Below are positions 18,749 through 28,512 of a stretch of 64,000 nucleotides of DNA, in pieces (positions within the stretch are counted from its first letter, which is position 1; each line of letters begins with the position of its first letter). A model generated the notes under the pieces. The model saw only the letters and a list, made by a program, of their open reading frames with translations, was not told where the DNA came from and did no database searches. Made by a program: the position numbers and the translations under genes. This stretch comes from Candidatus Poribacteria bacterium (lineage in GTDB: Bacteria > Poribacteria > WGA-4E > WGA-3G). The DNA lies in assembly GCA_965205025.1 (NCBI GenBank), contig CBDBFU010000011.1, positions 106,653-170,652 on the forward strand, written 5' to 3'.

Positions 18749-19519
18749 TTATTCTTTAATATCCGCCCAAGTTGTAGCCAATTTCCCACCCGGAGATACA
18801 TCAAAGAATACACCTTTATTCATATCACTGTTGATTTCATCTTCTGATAAAGCACGGCTGTAGACAGCAACTTCATCAACCATACCGATCATCCCCGCAA
18901 GACCTGTTTGACCTTTTCCTATATGAAAGACAATATCTACGCTGGTAATCTTACCTGCGGGTGGTTTGAATTCAACATCCAATTTTCCATCTATATATTG
19001 ACGTATCATATCACCATCATAGGTTGATGAGACATGATGCCATTCTTTCAAGGCAGGTTTAATCGTTTGTTTGTTACGAGTTCCTTTCCAACCGCTTATG
19101 TCAATCCACGTCTCAATTTGGGGAGCACCTGTAAACTGTGCACTCCATTGTAGACAATATCCACCTTGGTTACCAGAGGTTCTACGACCCATAAGGTTTG
19201 AATCTCCTTGAGATTCTTCTGGAAAAAACCACGCCTGGATTGTGAGTTGATCAGTTATATCAAGCTCAGGAACTGCACCTATCTCAACGAATTTTCCTGT
19301 TCCATCCAGATGTATACAACCCCCAAATTTTCCGTCTTTTGACCAAGTTGCTCCATTAAAGGTTGCTTCAAGATTATTACCACTTGCATCTTTAGCTGTA
19401 TTACCTGTCCCCTCGTCAAAAGGAAAATACATCATGAGATCTTTGTCATCATTAATGCCCCATGCATTATAAGATAGGGTAATAAAGAAGATTAGGGCTG
19501 AAATAGATATAATTTTCAT
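18749..19519 (-). CDS. Secreted LamG-like jellyroll protein
   Basis: Signal peptide, YFPFDEGTG, WHHVSSTYDG, DEVAVYSRALS; C-terminus VSPGGKLATTWADIKE. Confidence 0.9.
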   Translation of the reverse strand: MKIISISALIFFITLSYNAWGINDDKDLMMYFPFDEGTGNTAKDASGNNLEATFNGATWSKDGKFGGCIHLDGTGKFVEIGAVPELDITDQLTIQAWFFPEESQGDSNLMGRRTSGNQGGYCLQWSAQFTGAPQIETWIDISGWKGTRNKQTIKPALKEWHHVSSTYDGDMIRQYIDGKLDVEFKPPAGKITSVDIVFHIGKGQTGLAGMIGMVDEVAVYSRALSEDEINSDMNKGVFFDVSPGGKLATTWADIKE

Positions 19520-19646
19520 TTGGTTTACTCCTTACTGTATTGGTTAATACATATCCAATATCTTATTAAAGGTTAAATGAGTGAAGTATTTGACTGGATT
19601 AAGTACATATTGTTCGAAACAAACTAAAAGTAGTAATAATGCTAAT

Positions 19647-21281
19647 TTAGAATCTTGATATTTCAAGTTCTTTTGATGTAATGAACTCCAATAAAACAGG
19701 TACACCTTCTTCTGTCTTTTGGATACCGCGTTTTATTGCAGGTATAATATCTTCAGGAGATTCGACTCGTTCACCGTAACCACCAAACGCTTTAGCCATA
19801 TCTGCATAATTGCCAGATATATCTGTTGATCGGTATTTCTCAGTTGAGACTTGCATGATAGGAATTTCAATTGCCATAGAGAAGTTATTGAATAACACAG
19901 AAAGTATGGGAATTCTTTCGCGTACTGCAGTCTCAAAATCCATGCCAGTAAATCCAATTGCTGCATCACCCCAAACATTTACACAAAGAGCATCAGGTTT
20001 AGCAAGTTTAGCACCCATTGCTAAACCAAGACCGTAACCGAGTTGTGTGGTTTTACCCCATCCTATATATGAGAGTGGCGTAACAGATTCCCAGAAAGGA
20101 GAGAGTTGATCCCGCGGACTACCAGCATCATGTGTGATAATTGTGTTCTTAACATCAACTGTCTGCATCATATCCCATATTACACGATACGGGGTCATAG
20201 GATTTTCGGTTGAGGTAAGTTTCGGCATCCACTGTTTTAACCATTCCTTTTTAATGTCACTTATTTCTGTAGTAACCGATGTTGCATCTCTTTCAGGTTT
20301 TCCTTTTATACGTTCACGAATTGCCTCTACCAATCCTTCTAAAATTAATCGTGCATCACCAACCAGAGCTGCATCTACTGGAACATCTTTGTTTATATCT
20401 TCGGGATCTAATGTTGCATGTATAACGCGTTTTCCATCTGGAATAGTTACCCCGAAGTTAGTTCTTGTGAAGCTACATCCAATTCCAAATAGTAAGTCTG
20501 TCTTTTCGAGAAAATGATGTAAAGGTTTTGGGATGGAACGACCACCAGAACCAAGGGATAATGGATGATTTTCAGGGAAAGCACTTTTACCACCTAAGCT
20601 TGTTGTTACAGGGGCAGCAAGAAGCTCAGCAAGTTCAATCAGAGAATCCCATGCTTGGGCATAATGAACACCTTGTCCTGCATAGATGACGGGACATACA
20701 GCATCAATTAATGCAGCTGCTACCGCATCAATCTCAGAACTATCAGGAACATAACGTACTTTTGGCACAGGTATTGGATCAAATGGTTCTGGTACTTCTG
20801 CATTCATCAAATCTCCTGGTATCTCCACAAGAGTTGGTCTGGGTCTACCGTTCCTTACCTGTGTAAAAGCACGTCGCATTACCTCTGGAAGTGCCTCAGG
20901 AATCGTCAATTGTTCACAGGATTTTGTTACATTTCGATAGTTCAAAGAGGAATTAAAGTTGGGTTGTATCTGTGTTAATGTTCGAGCGTATCCCATAGGT
21001 AGAACAACAATAGGTGCTGAATCTCCATAGGCTTGTGCAACGCCTCCAAAAGCATTTTCAGATCCTGGTCCACTCTGCATACAAAAAACACCGATCTTTT
21101 CACCAGAAGTTATTCTACTTAATGCATCAGCCATGTGTAAACCGATACGTTCTTGCCGAACAATTATAGGTCTAATATCAACCTTTGCAGCTGCCTCTAT
21201 CAAATGGTTCACAGGATAGGCAAAAAGATATTCTACTCCTTCTGCCTTTAAAACTTTAGCAACCGCATCAATGACTTTCAT
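19647..21281 (-). CDS. Thiamine diphosphate-dependent enzyme (acetolactate synthase-like superfamily)
   Basis: RQE catalytic Glu, SGPG, GDAA...NN ThDP motif. Confidence 0.92.
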   Translation of the reverse strand: MKVIDAVAKVLKAEGVEYLFAYPVNHLIEAAAKVDIRPIIVRQERIGLHMADALSRITSGEKIGVFCMQSGPGSENAFGGVAQAYGDSAPIVVLPMGYARTLTQIQPNFNSSLNYRNVTKSCEQLTIPEALPEVMRRAFTQVRNGRPRPTLVEIPGDLMNAEVPEPFDPIPVPKVRYVPDSSEIDAVAAALIDAVCPVIYAGQGVHYAQAWDSLIELAELLAAPVTTSLGGKSAFPENHPLSLGSGGRSIPKPLHHFLEKTDLLFGIGCSFTRTNFGVTIPDGKRVIHATLDPEDINKDVPVDAALVGDARLILEGLVEAIRERIKGKPERDATSVTTEISDIKKEWLKQWMPKLTSTENPMTPYRVIWDMMQTVDVKNTIITHDAGSPRDQLSPFWESVTPLSYIGWGKTTQLGYGLGLAMGAKLAKPDALCVNVWGDAAIGFTGMDFETAVRERIPILSVLFNNFSMAIEIPIMQVSTEKYRSTDISGNYADMAKAFGGYGERVESPEDIIPAIKRGIQKTEEGVPVLLEFITSKELEISRF

Positions 21282-21299
21282 ATAATAACTCCTCTGTTT

Positions 21300-22109
21300 C
21301 TATTGTGAAGTGGTAGGAATACCCGAATCCATAACAAGTGGAAAATGGTCACCTGCCAGTTTTTCTCCATTATTCACAGTGACAAAAGGTTTCATTACAT
21401 GATTGCCACTCTCATCATATAATGTCTCGCTTGTCATATAATGTACTGCTATCGCACGTCTGGGACTTCCACTCTTATTGTCATGAGATCCATGCCAAGT
21501 TAGTGAGTGATGATAATGGACATATCCTTTTGGTACAGGGCAAAGTTCCACATCCAATTCATTATCCTCAAATTTTTCTGGCATAGAATGTATATCTGGC
21601 ACAGTATGTAAGAATGAAATCTGATTTCCCCATTTATATGAACCTGGGACCATACGCATACACCCATTACTTTCATCAACATCATCTAATGCTACCCAAC
21701 CTGTAACTTGACTTGTCTTTGGTGTAAGTATAGGCCAGTAGGGTGAATCCTGATGCCACATGTTAACACCACCTACCTGCGCAGGTTTGTATTGTATCTG
21801 ATCATGCCAAACTCTAACTTCTGTGGCAGATGTTAACTGTCCTATCTCTTCAACAATAGAAGGATTGTATACCAATTCATGATAGGCAGAACTCGCTTCC
21901 CAAATATTCACTATTTGCCAGACAGGAGTCTCTTCCTTACCGCCAAGGTTAACAATATGGACGGGTTGTGGGATATCCTCTTTTTTGTAATCATCTATGA
22001 CCCGTGTCAATTCAGATCGTAATTCGTCAACCTGGTCATCACTTAATACACGACTTCCAAGGACAAAGCCCTTCTCACTAAATGTGTCGATTTGGGCTTG
22101 ATTCAGCAT
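21300..22109 (-). CDS. PhyH family dioxygenase, tandem paralog 2
   Basis: WHQD...TWHGS..N.S...RRA. Confidence 0.92.
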   Translation of the reverse strand: MLNQAQIDTFSEKGFVLGSRVLSDDQVDELRSELTRVIDDYKKEDIPQPVHIVNLGGKEETPVWQIVNIWEASSAYHELVYNPSIVEEIGQLTSATEVRVWHDQIQYKPAQVGGVNMWHQDSPYWPILTPKTSQVTGWVALDDVDESNGCMRMVPGSYKWGNQISFLHTVPDIHSMPEKFEDNELDVELCPVPKGYVHYHHSLTWHGSHDNKSGSPRRAIAVHYMTSETLYDESGNHVMKPFVTVNNGEKLAGDHFPLVMDSGIPTTSQ

Positions 22110-22232
22110 ATTTATCTCCGATTCATAGTTATTTAATAAGATTGAATTATATTATATGTATGAAAGAAATGCTAATTACTTCTCATCTAAGGATGAAAAT
22201 ATGGTAAATGACTTATTCACATAATGGTGATA

Positions 22233-23045
22233 TTACGATACTGCTTTCGTTGGATTACCAGATTCCATTACAAGCGGAAAATGGTCACCTGTAAGTTTAT
22301 CTCCATTATTGACGGTTACAAACGGTTTCATTAAGTGGTTTCCACTTTCATCGTAGATTGTCTCACTGGTCATATAATGAACTGCTATTGCTCTCCGAGC
22401 AGCATCGCTTGTGTTGTCATGTGAACCGTGCCAAGTTAAAGAGTGATGATAATGGACATGACCTTTCGACACAGGACATAGTTCCACAGATAGATCATTC
22501 TCTTCATAATTATCAGGCATTGTATGTATATCTGGTAGTGTCCGTAAGAAATCCATCTGACTACCCCAGTGGTATGATCCTGGAACCATTCGCATACAAC
22601 CGTTATTTTCATCAACATCATCCAATGCAACCCAGGCTGTCACTTGGCTTGTTTTCGGCATGAGTATTCCCCATAAAGGAGAATCTTGATGCCATCGATT
22701 AACACCACCTATTTGTGGGGGTTTGTATTGAATTTGGTCGTGCCAAACACGTAACTCTATCGAAGAGGTTAACTGCCCTATTTCTTCAACAACGGTTGGA
22801 TTATATATAAGTTTGTGAAAAGCATGACTTGCTTCCCATATATTTACAATCTGCCAAACAGGACTCTCTTCTTTTCCACCAAGATTGGCAATGCGAACAG
22901 GCTGTTTTACATCAGGTTTCTCATATTCATCAATCACCCTTGCTAATTCAGAGCGCAATTCCTCAACTTCATCATCAGATAAAACACGGTTTCCAAGGAG
23001 AAACCCCTTCTTTTGAAACAAATCCACCTGTGATTGAGTAAGCAT
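22233..23045 (-). CDS. PhyH family dioxygenase, tandem paralog 1
   Basis: WHQD...TWHGS; colinear with 21300..22109 and very similar to it. Confidence 0.92.
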   Translation of the reverse strand: MLTQSQVDLFQKKGFLLGNRVLSDDEVEELRSELARVIDEYEKPDVKQPVRIANLGGKEESPVWQIVNIWEASHAFHKLIYNPTVVEEIGQLTSSIELRVWHDQIQYKPPQIGGVNRWHQDSPLWGILMPKTSQVTAWVALDDVDENNGCMRMVPGSYHWGSQMDFLRTLPDIHTMPDNYEENDLSVELCPVSKGHVHYHHSLTWHGSHDNTSDAARRAIAVHYMTSETIYDESGNHLMKPFVTVNNGDKLTGDHFPLVMESGNPTKAVS

Positions 23046-23120
23046 ATTCTATTCGTCTCCTAAGCAGTAAGTCTACGGCATTATATCATTTAAGTTTCTT
23101 TGAGTCAATGTACATAAACA

Positions 23121-24155
23121 CTATCCATTCATTACACGGTTTTTCAATTCAACCCATTCATCATCAGAGAGTTTTGGTGGATACTCAATTCTGTTCCCAA
23201 TTAGAGCAGACCGATATGCAGCCATTATTATGTCAAAACCGTGTAGTGCATATTCAAGTCTGTTACGATGTGGTTGATATTCATCATCAAGCCATGTAGC
23301 AATAGCTTGTGTGAATGCTTTCTGTCCAACTTTATCGTCTTCACCAAAGTGGGTAGGTTCAACAAAAGGATCAACCATACCGTCAAGATGGTATCCCCAT
23401 GAGCCATTTTCGCGCCACCATATACGCCCCTTGGTACCCCAGAAATCTACATTACACCTTGGATTACTGCCTGGGAAATCTATTGTGCCAAATGCAGATC
23501 GGGCAGATTCAAAGAATACTCTGGCACCATTCTCAAAGGTATATTGTGCCATGAGATCTTCAGGACATTGACGATCTGGTACATCATAAATCTCACCACC
23601 TTCGACAACACCCCATACATGTGTAATTGTTACATCTTTTAATGCGAACAGAACAACATCCATTAAATGTGTGTCCATATCTGTGATGTCTCCTTCTGTA
23701 CAGGCGCGTATAAAGTGTATGTCACCAAGACTATCTTCAGCAAAAAATTCAAGCAATTTTTCAGCAAATGGTAAATACCTCCGTTGATGATTTACGATTA
23801 TTTTTAAGCCTGTTTTTTCATGAACATCGGCAAGTGCTTCTACTTCACTTGGACGAAGAGCAATCGGTTTTTCAATTACCAAGGCTTTAACACCGGCTGC
23901 AGCAGCAGGTTCAACCCATATATGACGAGGCACAGTTGGAGCTGTTACAGCATGGACAATATCTGGTTTTTCAACTTTTAACATTTCCTCATAATCAGAA
24001 TATCCAGTAACGTTTAATTCTGAGGTAGCAGCATTACGTGTATCTTCATCTATTTCACATAATGCGATTACCTTCATATTATCTATACCCGCATAACAGC
24101 GAGCATGGTGGACTCCTCTTCTTCCTCCAACAATTGCTGTTTTATAGGTTGTCAT
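23121..24155 (-). CDS. Gfo/Idh/MocA family oxidoreductase
   Basis: AIVGGRRG, EKPIA, VNHQRRY, DMDTH. Confidence 0.88.
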   Translation of the reverse strand: MTTYKTAIVGGRRGVHHARCYAGIDNMKVIALCEIDEDTRNAATSELNVTGYSDYEEMLKVEKPDIVHAVTAPTVPRHIWVEPAAAAGVKALVIEKPIALRPSEVEALADVHEKTGLKIIVNHQRRYLPFAEKLLEFFAEDSLGDIHFIRACTEGDITDMDTHLMDVVLFALKDVTITHVWGVVEGGEIYDVPDRQCPEDLMAQYTFENGARVFFESARSAFGTIDFPGSNPRCNVDFWGTKGRIWWRENGSWGYHLDGMVDPFVEPTHFGEDDKVGQKAFTQAIATWLDDEYQPHRNRLEYALHGFDIIMAAYRSALIGNRIEYPPKLSDDEWVELKNRVMNG

Positions 24156-24702
24156 ATTTCCTCCATATTATCAGTTGATGACTGATACAAATTAGAGATC
24201 CTTCTATATGCTAAGTATTTCCTCTATATCGTTTTAAGATAATTCCTTCAATTGAACATTCCTACCGGGTACATTATATCAGAATTCATTTTAGAGCATT
24301 CTATTATTTACACAAAGCTTATATCTAATAGGTAATCTTATTCGGTAGAACTTCATACACATAGGATGTATTAACAGGTATGTTCATAATGACTTTCCAC
24401 ATCTATAGACCACGTTTTATTCTTTTTTACTTCTTTATATTTCCTTATGTTGGATGTTTCTATTCTTTTCTAATATGCAGTGGACTGAACCCTACATGGG
24501 TTTACTACTTTATGGCGTAATCAATCAAGAATCCGTTACGTAGACTATTCACCAGATGAAAAAATGTTTACTCTGAGGGTATTAAAGTCTTAAGATTTAT
24601 TAGATGTATTCTGCAAGGAATCCAATTGATTGAGAATAAACAGGATTTTTGGTATATTACATTCAAGGACCTTAAATTATCTGACCTATAAGGAGAATTA
24701 GA

Positions 24703-26712
24703 ATGGCTGAACAACATCATGAACTTGGTCATGTTTTTTCTGATCCAACACAGACTGTTAATGATGCAAGAGGAGCCGCATCACGGGATCTAAACACACC
24801 GTATACCTTTCCTAATTATACTAAGGAAGAATGGATAAAAAAGTCTGAATCGCTGAGACAACAAATACGGGTTGCCAACGGTTTATTACCTGAACATGAA
24901 CAATCCCCATTAAATGCACAGATATTTGATAAAATTGAACATGAAGATTATTCTGTGGAGAAAGTATATTTTGAAGCTTTTCCAGGTTTCCTTACTACTG
25001 GTAATCTCTATAGACCAATAGGTAAAACAGGACCATTTCCAGGTATTGTTAATCCACACGGACATTGGAATCGAGGAAGGATCGAGAATATTGAACGCGG
25101 TTCAATTCCTGCACGTTGTATCAATTTTGCAAAACAGGGATATATCGCTTTCGCCTACGATATGGTGGGATATAATGACAGTGGGAAACAGATGGAACAC
25201 CGCTATGGTGGTGGAAACGAAGCATTATGGGGTTTAAGTGCCATGGCACTTCAATTACAAAATGGTATTCGTGCCATTGATTTTCTTGAAAGTCTACCAG
25301 ATGTGGATAGCGAACGAATAGGGTGTACCGGTGCATCTGGTGGTGGATCTCAAACTTTCATATTGACTGCAGTTGATGAACGGGTCAAGGTCTCTGCCCC
25401 CGTGAATATGATCTCTGCGACGATGCAAGGTGGATGTATATGTGAAAACGCTCCAAATCTACGATTAGAAACAAGCAACCTTGAAATAGGAGCATTGATG
25501 GCACCACGACCACTCCTCCTTGTATCTTGTACAGGTGATTGGACATCCAAGACTCCCACAGTGGAATATCCTGCAATCAAGAGTATATATTCATTTTTTG
25601 ATGCTGAGGATAAGATACATCAAGTACAGGTGGATGCAGAACATAATTACAATTTGGCAAGTCGGGAAGCAGTATATGCGTGGTTTGCTAAATGGTTATT
25701 AGGGGTCGAAAATACATCTTCATACAAAGAAGTTCCGTATGAGGTAGAAACTGATGAGGACTTTTTGGCTTTTGCTAACAGAGAACTACCTTCTCATTCT
25801 TTGAAACAAGAGGAGATATTACCAGCTTGGATAAACCGATCAGTTATAGCGATTGACAATACTAAACCATCAAACGAGAGTGAACATAAGGTATTTTCAG
25901 ATGAGATGGGTTCCGCACTAAAACATTCACTTGGATTGCATATCCCAAAAAGTAGTAATATTACCCAATATGAACCTAAAGGTGCATTCCCAACAAGCTA
26001 CCAGACAAATTTCTCTGCACAACACTTTGTTATAGGAAGGAAAGGTATTGGGGATGCAATTCCTTCAGTACTTTTCCGTACTGAGCCATTGGTAGGTCAT
26101 GATCCTGTTGTCGTTATTGTCCATCCTGAAGGTAAAGAAAAAATGATAGATGTAGAGTCTGGTGAACCCTTACCCATCATCACAGATCTCATAAGTTCTG
26201 ATCGTAAAGTATTGACTATTGATGTATTTGGGACTGGAGAACATAGGGAGTATGAAAGATCGGAAGAAACAGGTTTTTTTACAACTTATAATCGAACAAC
26301 AGCTGCATTACGTATTCAGGATATTTTAACAGTCCTTCTATATTACTCTACCAGAGGTGATGTATCTGATGTGAGTTTAATTGGTATTGGAGAAGCAGGG
26401 TTGTGGGGTTTACTCGCAGCAGGATTTACAAATATAAAGAATGTTGTAGTAGATGCAGCACAATTTGATAATAGTGTAGACATTTCATTCTTAGAATCAT
26501 TACCTATTCCGAGTATCCGTAGAGTAGGTGATTTTCGTACTGCAGGAACATTGATTGCTCCTCGGAATCTGATAATACATAACACAGGTGATATTTTTGA
26601 CAGTTCATGGGTTGAAGATGTATACCGAAATATCGGAGCAGAAGAGAATCTACTTGTGAGAAAGGATGAGATGGATGATAGTGAAATAGCAGGCAGAATT
26701 GCTGAACAGTAG
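24703..26712 (+). CDS. Two-domain alpha/beta hydrolase (acetylxylan esterase-like)
   Basis: PHGHW, GCTGASGGG nucleophile elbow, HNY catalytic His; second domain is degenerate. Confidence 0.85.
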   Translation: MAEQHHELGHVFSDPTQTVNDARGAASRDLNTPYTFPNYTKEEWIKKSESLRQQIRVANGLLPEHEQSPLNAQIFDKIEHEDYSVEKVYFEAFPGFLTTGNLYRPIGKTGPFPGIVNPHGHWNRGRIENIERGSIPARCINFAKQGYIAFAYDMVGYNDSGKQMEHRYGGGNEALWGLSAMALQLQNGIRAIDFLESLPDVDSERIGCTGASGGGSQTFILTAVDERVKVSAPVNMISATMQGGCICENAPNLRLETSNLEIGALMAPRPLLLVSCTGDWTSKTPTVEYPAIKSIYSFFDAEDKIHQVQVDAEHNYNLASREAVYAWFAKWLLGVENTSSYKEVPYEVETDEDFLAFANRELPSHSLKQEEILPAWINRSVIAIDNTKPSNESEHKVFSDEMGSALKHSLGLHIPKSSNITQYEPKGAFPTSYQTNFSAQHFVIGRKGIGDAIPSVLFRTEPLVGHDPVVVIVHPEGKEKMIDVESGEPLPIITDLISSDRKVLTIDVFGTGEHREYERSEETGFFTTYNRTTAALRIQDILTVLLYYSTRGDVSDVSLIGIGEAGLWGLLAAGFTNIKNVVVDAAQFDNSVDISFLESLPIPSIRRVGDFRTAGTLIAPRNLIIHNTGDIFDSSWVEDVYRNIGAEENLLVRKDEMDDSEIAGRIAEQ

Positions 26713-26719
26713 AATGAAG

Positions 26720-26746
26720 TAAGGACGGACATAGTGTCCGTCCTTA
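26720..26746. terminator. Hairpin between convergent genes
   Basis: taaggacggaca-tag-tgtccgtcctta perfect 12-bp stem. Confidence 0.7.
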
Positions 26747-26796
26747 TTACAAAATAGTTGAATGACACTATAGAATATCATTCATGTATATGATAT

Positions 26797-28182
26797 TTAT
26801 AGATTATATCCACGTTCGTTGTGCTGTGATAGATCAAGCCCCATCATTTCGTCATCGCCCTCAACGCGTAATCCAACAATAGCGTCAACGATTTTTAGGA
26901 TTATAAACGATAGTATTCCACTCCAAATAATGGTTATGATAATACTGAGTAATTGTGCCCAGACTTGTTGTCCTATTGAGATACCTTCGGTTAAACCAGC
27001 ACCGCCTAAAGCTGCATCAGCACATATTCCTGTCAATACAGCACCTACTATCCCACCGATACCGTGTACACCAAATGCATCTAACGAGTCATCATACCCA
27101 AGTTTTGCTTTTAAAGTTGTAGCACCCCAGAAACAAATAGCTCCTGAGAGGAATCCTATTATCAGTGCACCGATCGGTCCAGCAGTTCCTGAAGCAGGGG
27201 TTATTGCAACCAATCCGGCAACTGCACCAGTGACTATACCTAATACACTGGGTTTACCGTGTTTAATCCATTCAATAAACATCCAAGTGATTGCAGCGGT
27301 GGCAGTAGAAACTTGTGTAACAAGTAGTGCCATTCCAGCAGTACCATCTGCAGCCAATTCACTTCCAGCATTAAAACCGAACCAACCTACCCAAAGCATT
27401 GATGCCCCAACAACAGTAAGAGTTAAACTGTGTGGTGGCATGGCTGTAGTTTGATATCCGATTCTTTTTCCAACTAAAATTGCTGCTACTAATGCTGCAA
27501 TTCCTGCATTAATATGGACAACTGTACCACCTGCAAAATCAAGAGCACCAATTATGTCTCCAAATAGTGAACCATCACCTGACCATGCCATATGGCAAAG
27601 TGGAGCATAGACGATAATTGACCATAGAATCGAAAAGATCAACATTGCTGAAAACTTCATCCGTTCTGCAAAAGCACCAGCAATCAAGGCTGGTGTAATA
27701 ATAGCAAAAGTCAACTGGAATGCAAGAAAAACTGTTTCAGGTATAGTTCCATGTAAACTGTCAACATTAACCCCAGTCAGGAATATTTTATCCAATCCTC
27801 CAATAAATGAGTTGAATGTAATTTTCCCTGCTTCCATACCAGCAGTGCTAAAGGCTAAACTGTAACCACAGATGATCCACAATACAGTGATGATTCCTGT
27901 CAAAGCAAAACACTGCATGAGAACTGAGAGTACATTCTGTACACGTACAAGTCCACCATAAAATAATGCAAGTCCTGGTATCGTCATAAATAACACAAGT
28001 GCGGTTGCGGTTATCATCCAAGCAGTATCCCCTGAGTTGAGTTCGGACGTTGCTTCCGCAGTAGTTTCCTGTGCAAATAAAAGGTTGGGTAATCCTGTAA
28101 ATAAGAATATTAGAACTAAAGCACCAATTATAGTGTAACTAATACGTTTCCTTGTAAATTGCGATGCACATCGTTGTTGCAT
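26797..28182 (-). CDS. amtB: Ammonium transporter, AmtB type
   Basis: DTAW, PGLALFYGG, DFAGGTVVHINAG, WFGFNAGS, DDSLDAFGVHG (twin His). Confidence 0.96.
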   Translation of the reverse strand: MQQRCASQFTRKRISYTIIGALVLIFLFTGLPNLLFAQETTAEATSELNSGDTAWMITATALVLFMTIPGLALFYGGLVRVQNVLSVLMQCFALTGIITVLWIICGYSLAFSTAGMEAGKITFNSFIGGLDKIFLTGVNVDSLHGTIPETVFLAFQLTFAIITPALIAGAFAERMKFSAMLIFSILWSIIVYAPLCHMAWSGDGSLFGDIIGALDFAGGTVVHINAGIAALVAAILVGKRIGYQTTAMPPHSLTLTVVGASMLWVGWFGFNAGSELAADGTAGMALLVTQVSTATAAITWMFIEWIKHGKPSVLGIVTGAVAGLVAITPASGTAGPIGALIIGFLSGAICFWGATTLKAKLGYDDSLDAFGVHGIGGIVGAVLTGICADAALGGAGLTEGISIGQQVWAQLLSIIITIIWSGILSFIILKIVDAIVGLRVEGDDEMMGLDLSQHNERGYNL

Positions 28183-28512
28183 CTGTTCCTCCTTAGTAGA
28201 AACAAGTTTGAGTAACTTGTTTAGTAATAACTGTATGGCAGACTTAATTGTCTACCTTAGGTTTTAATATTATACTTGAAATTCTTAGAACTATATCTAT
28301 AGGTATTGATGTACTTATTGAGTAATGATTTGGAATTTTAGCAGAATAACATTCAGGTATCAAGTAATATGACCAATTGATGTGGTGTTTATACCTAACA
28401 GGAATAGGAACGACTACAGACTCCGAAGTAAACCCAGGGATAAGTTTATCTTCCTGCAGACGTCCCTATTCTTAATTATCCTTCCAAATTGGAAGGTATT
28501 TGCAGAATTAAT

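Noticed and set aside
28402-28472. glnA (glutamine) riboswitch between the amt genes
   Set aside because: The mRNA strand folds as one long hairpin and I could not find the three-way junction and E-loop consensus; kept only as an unknown hairpin.
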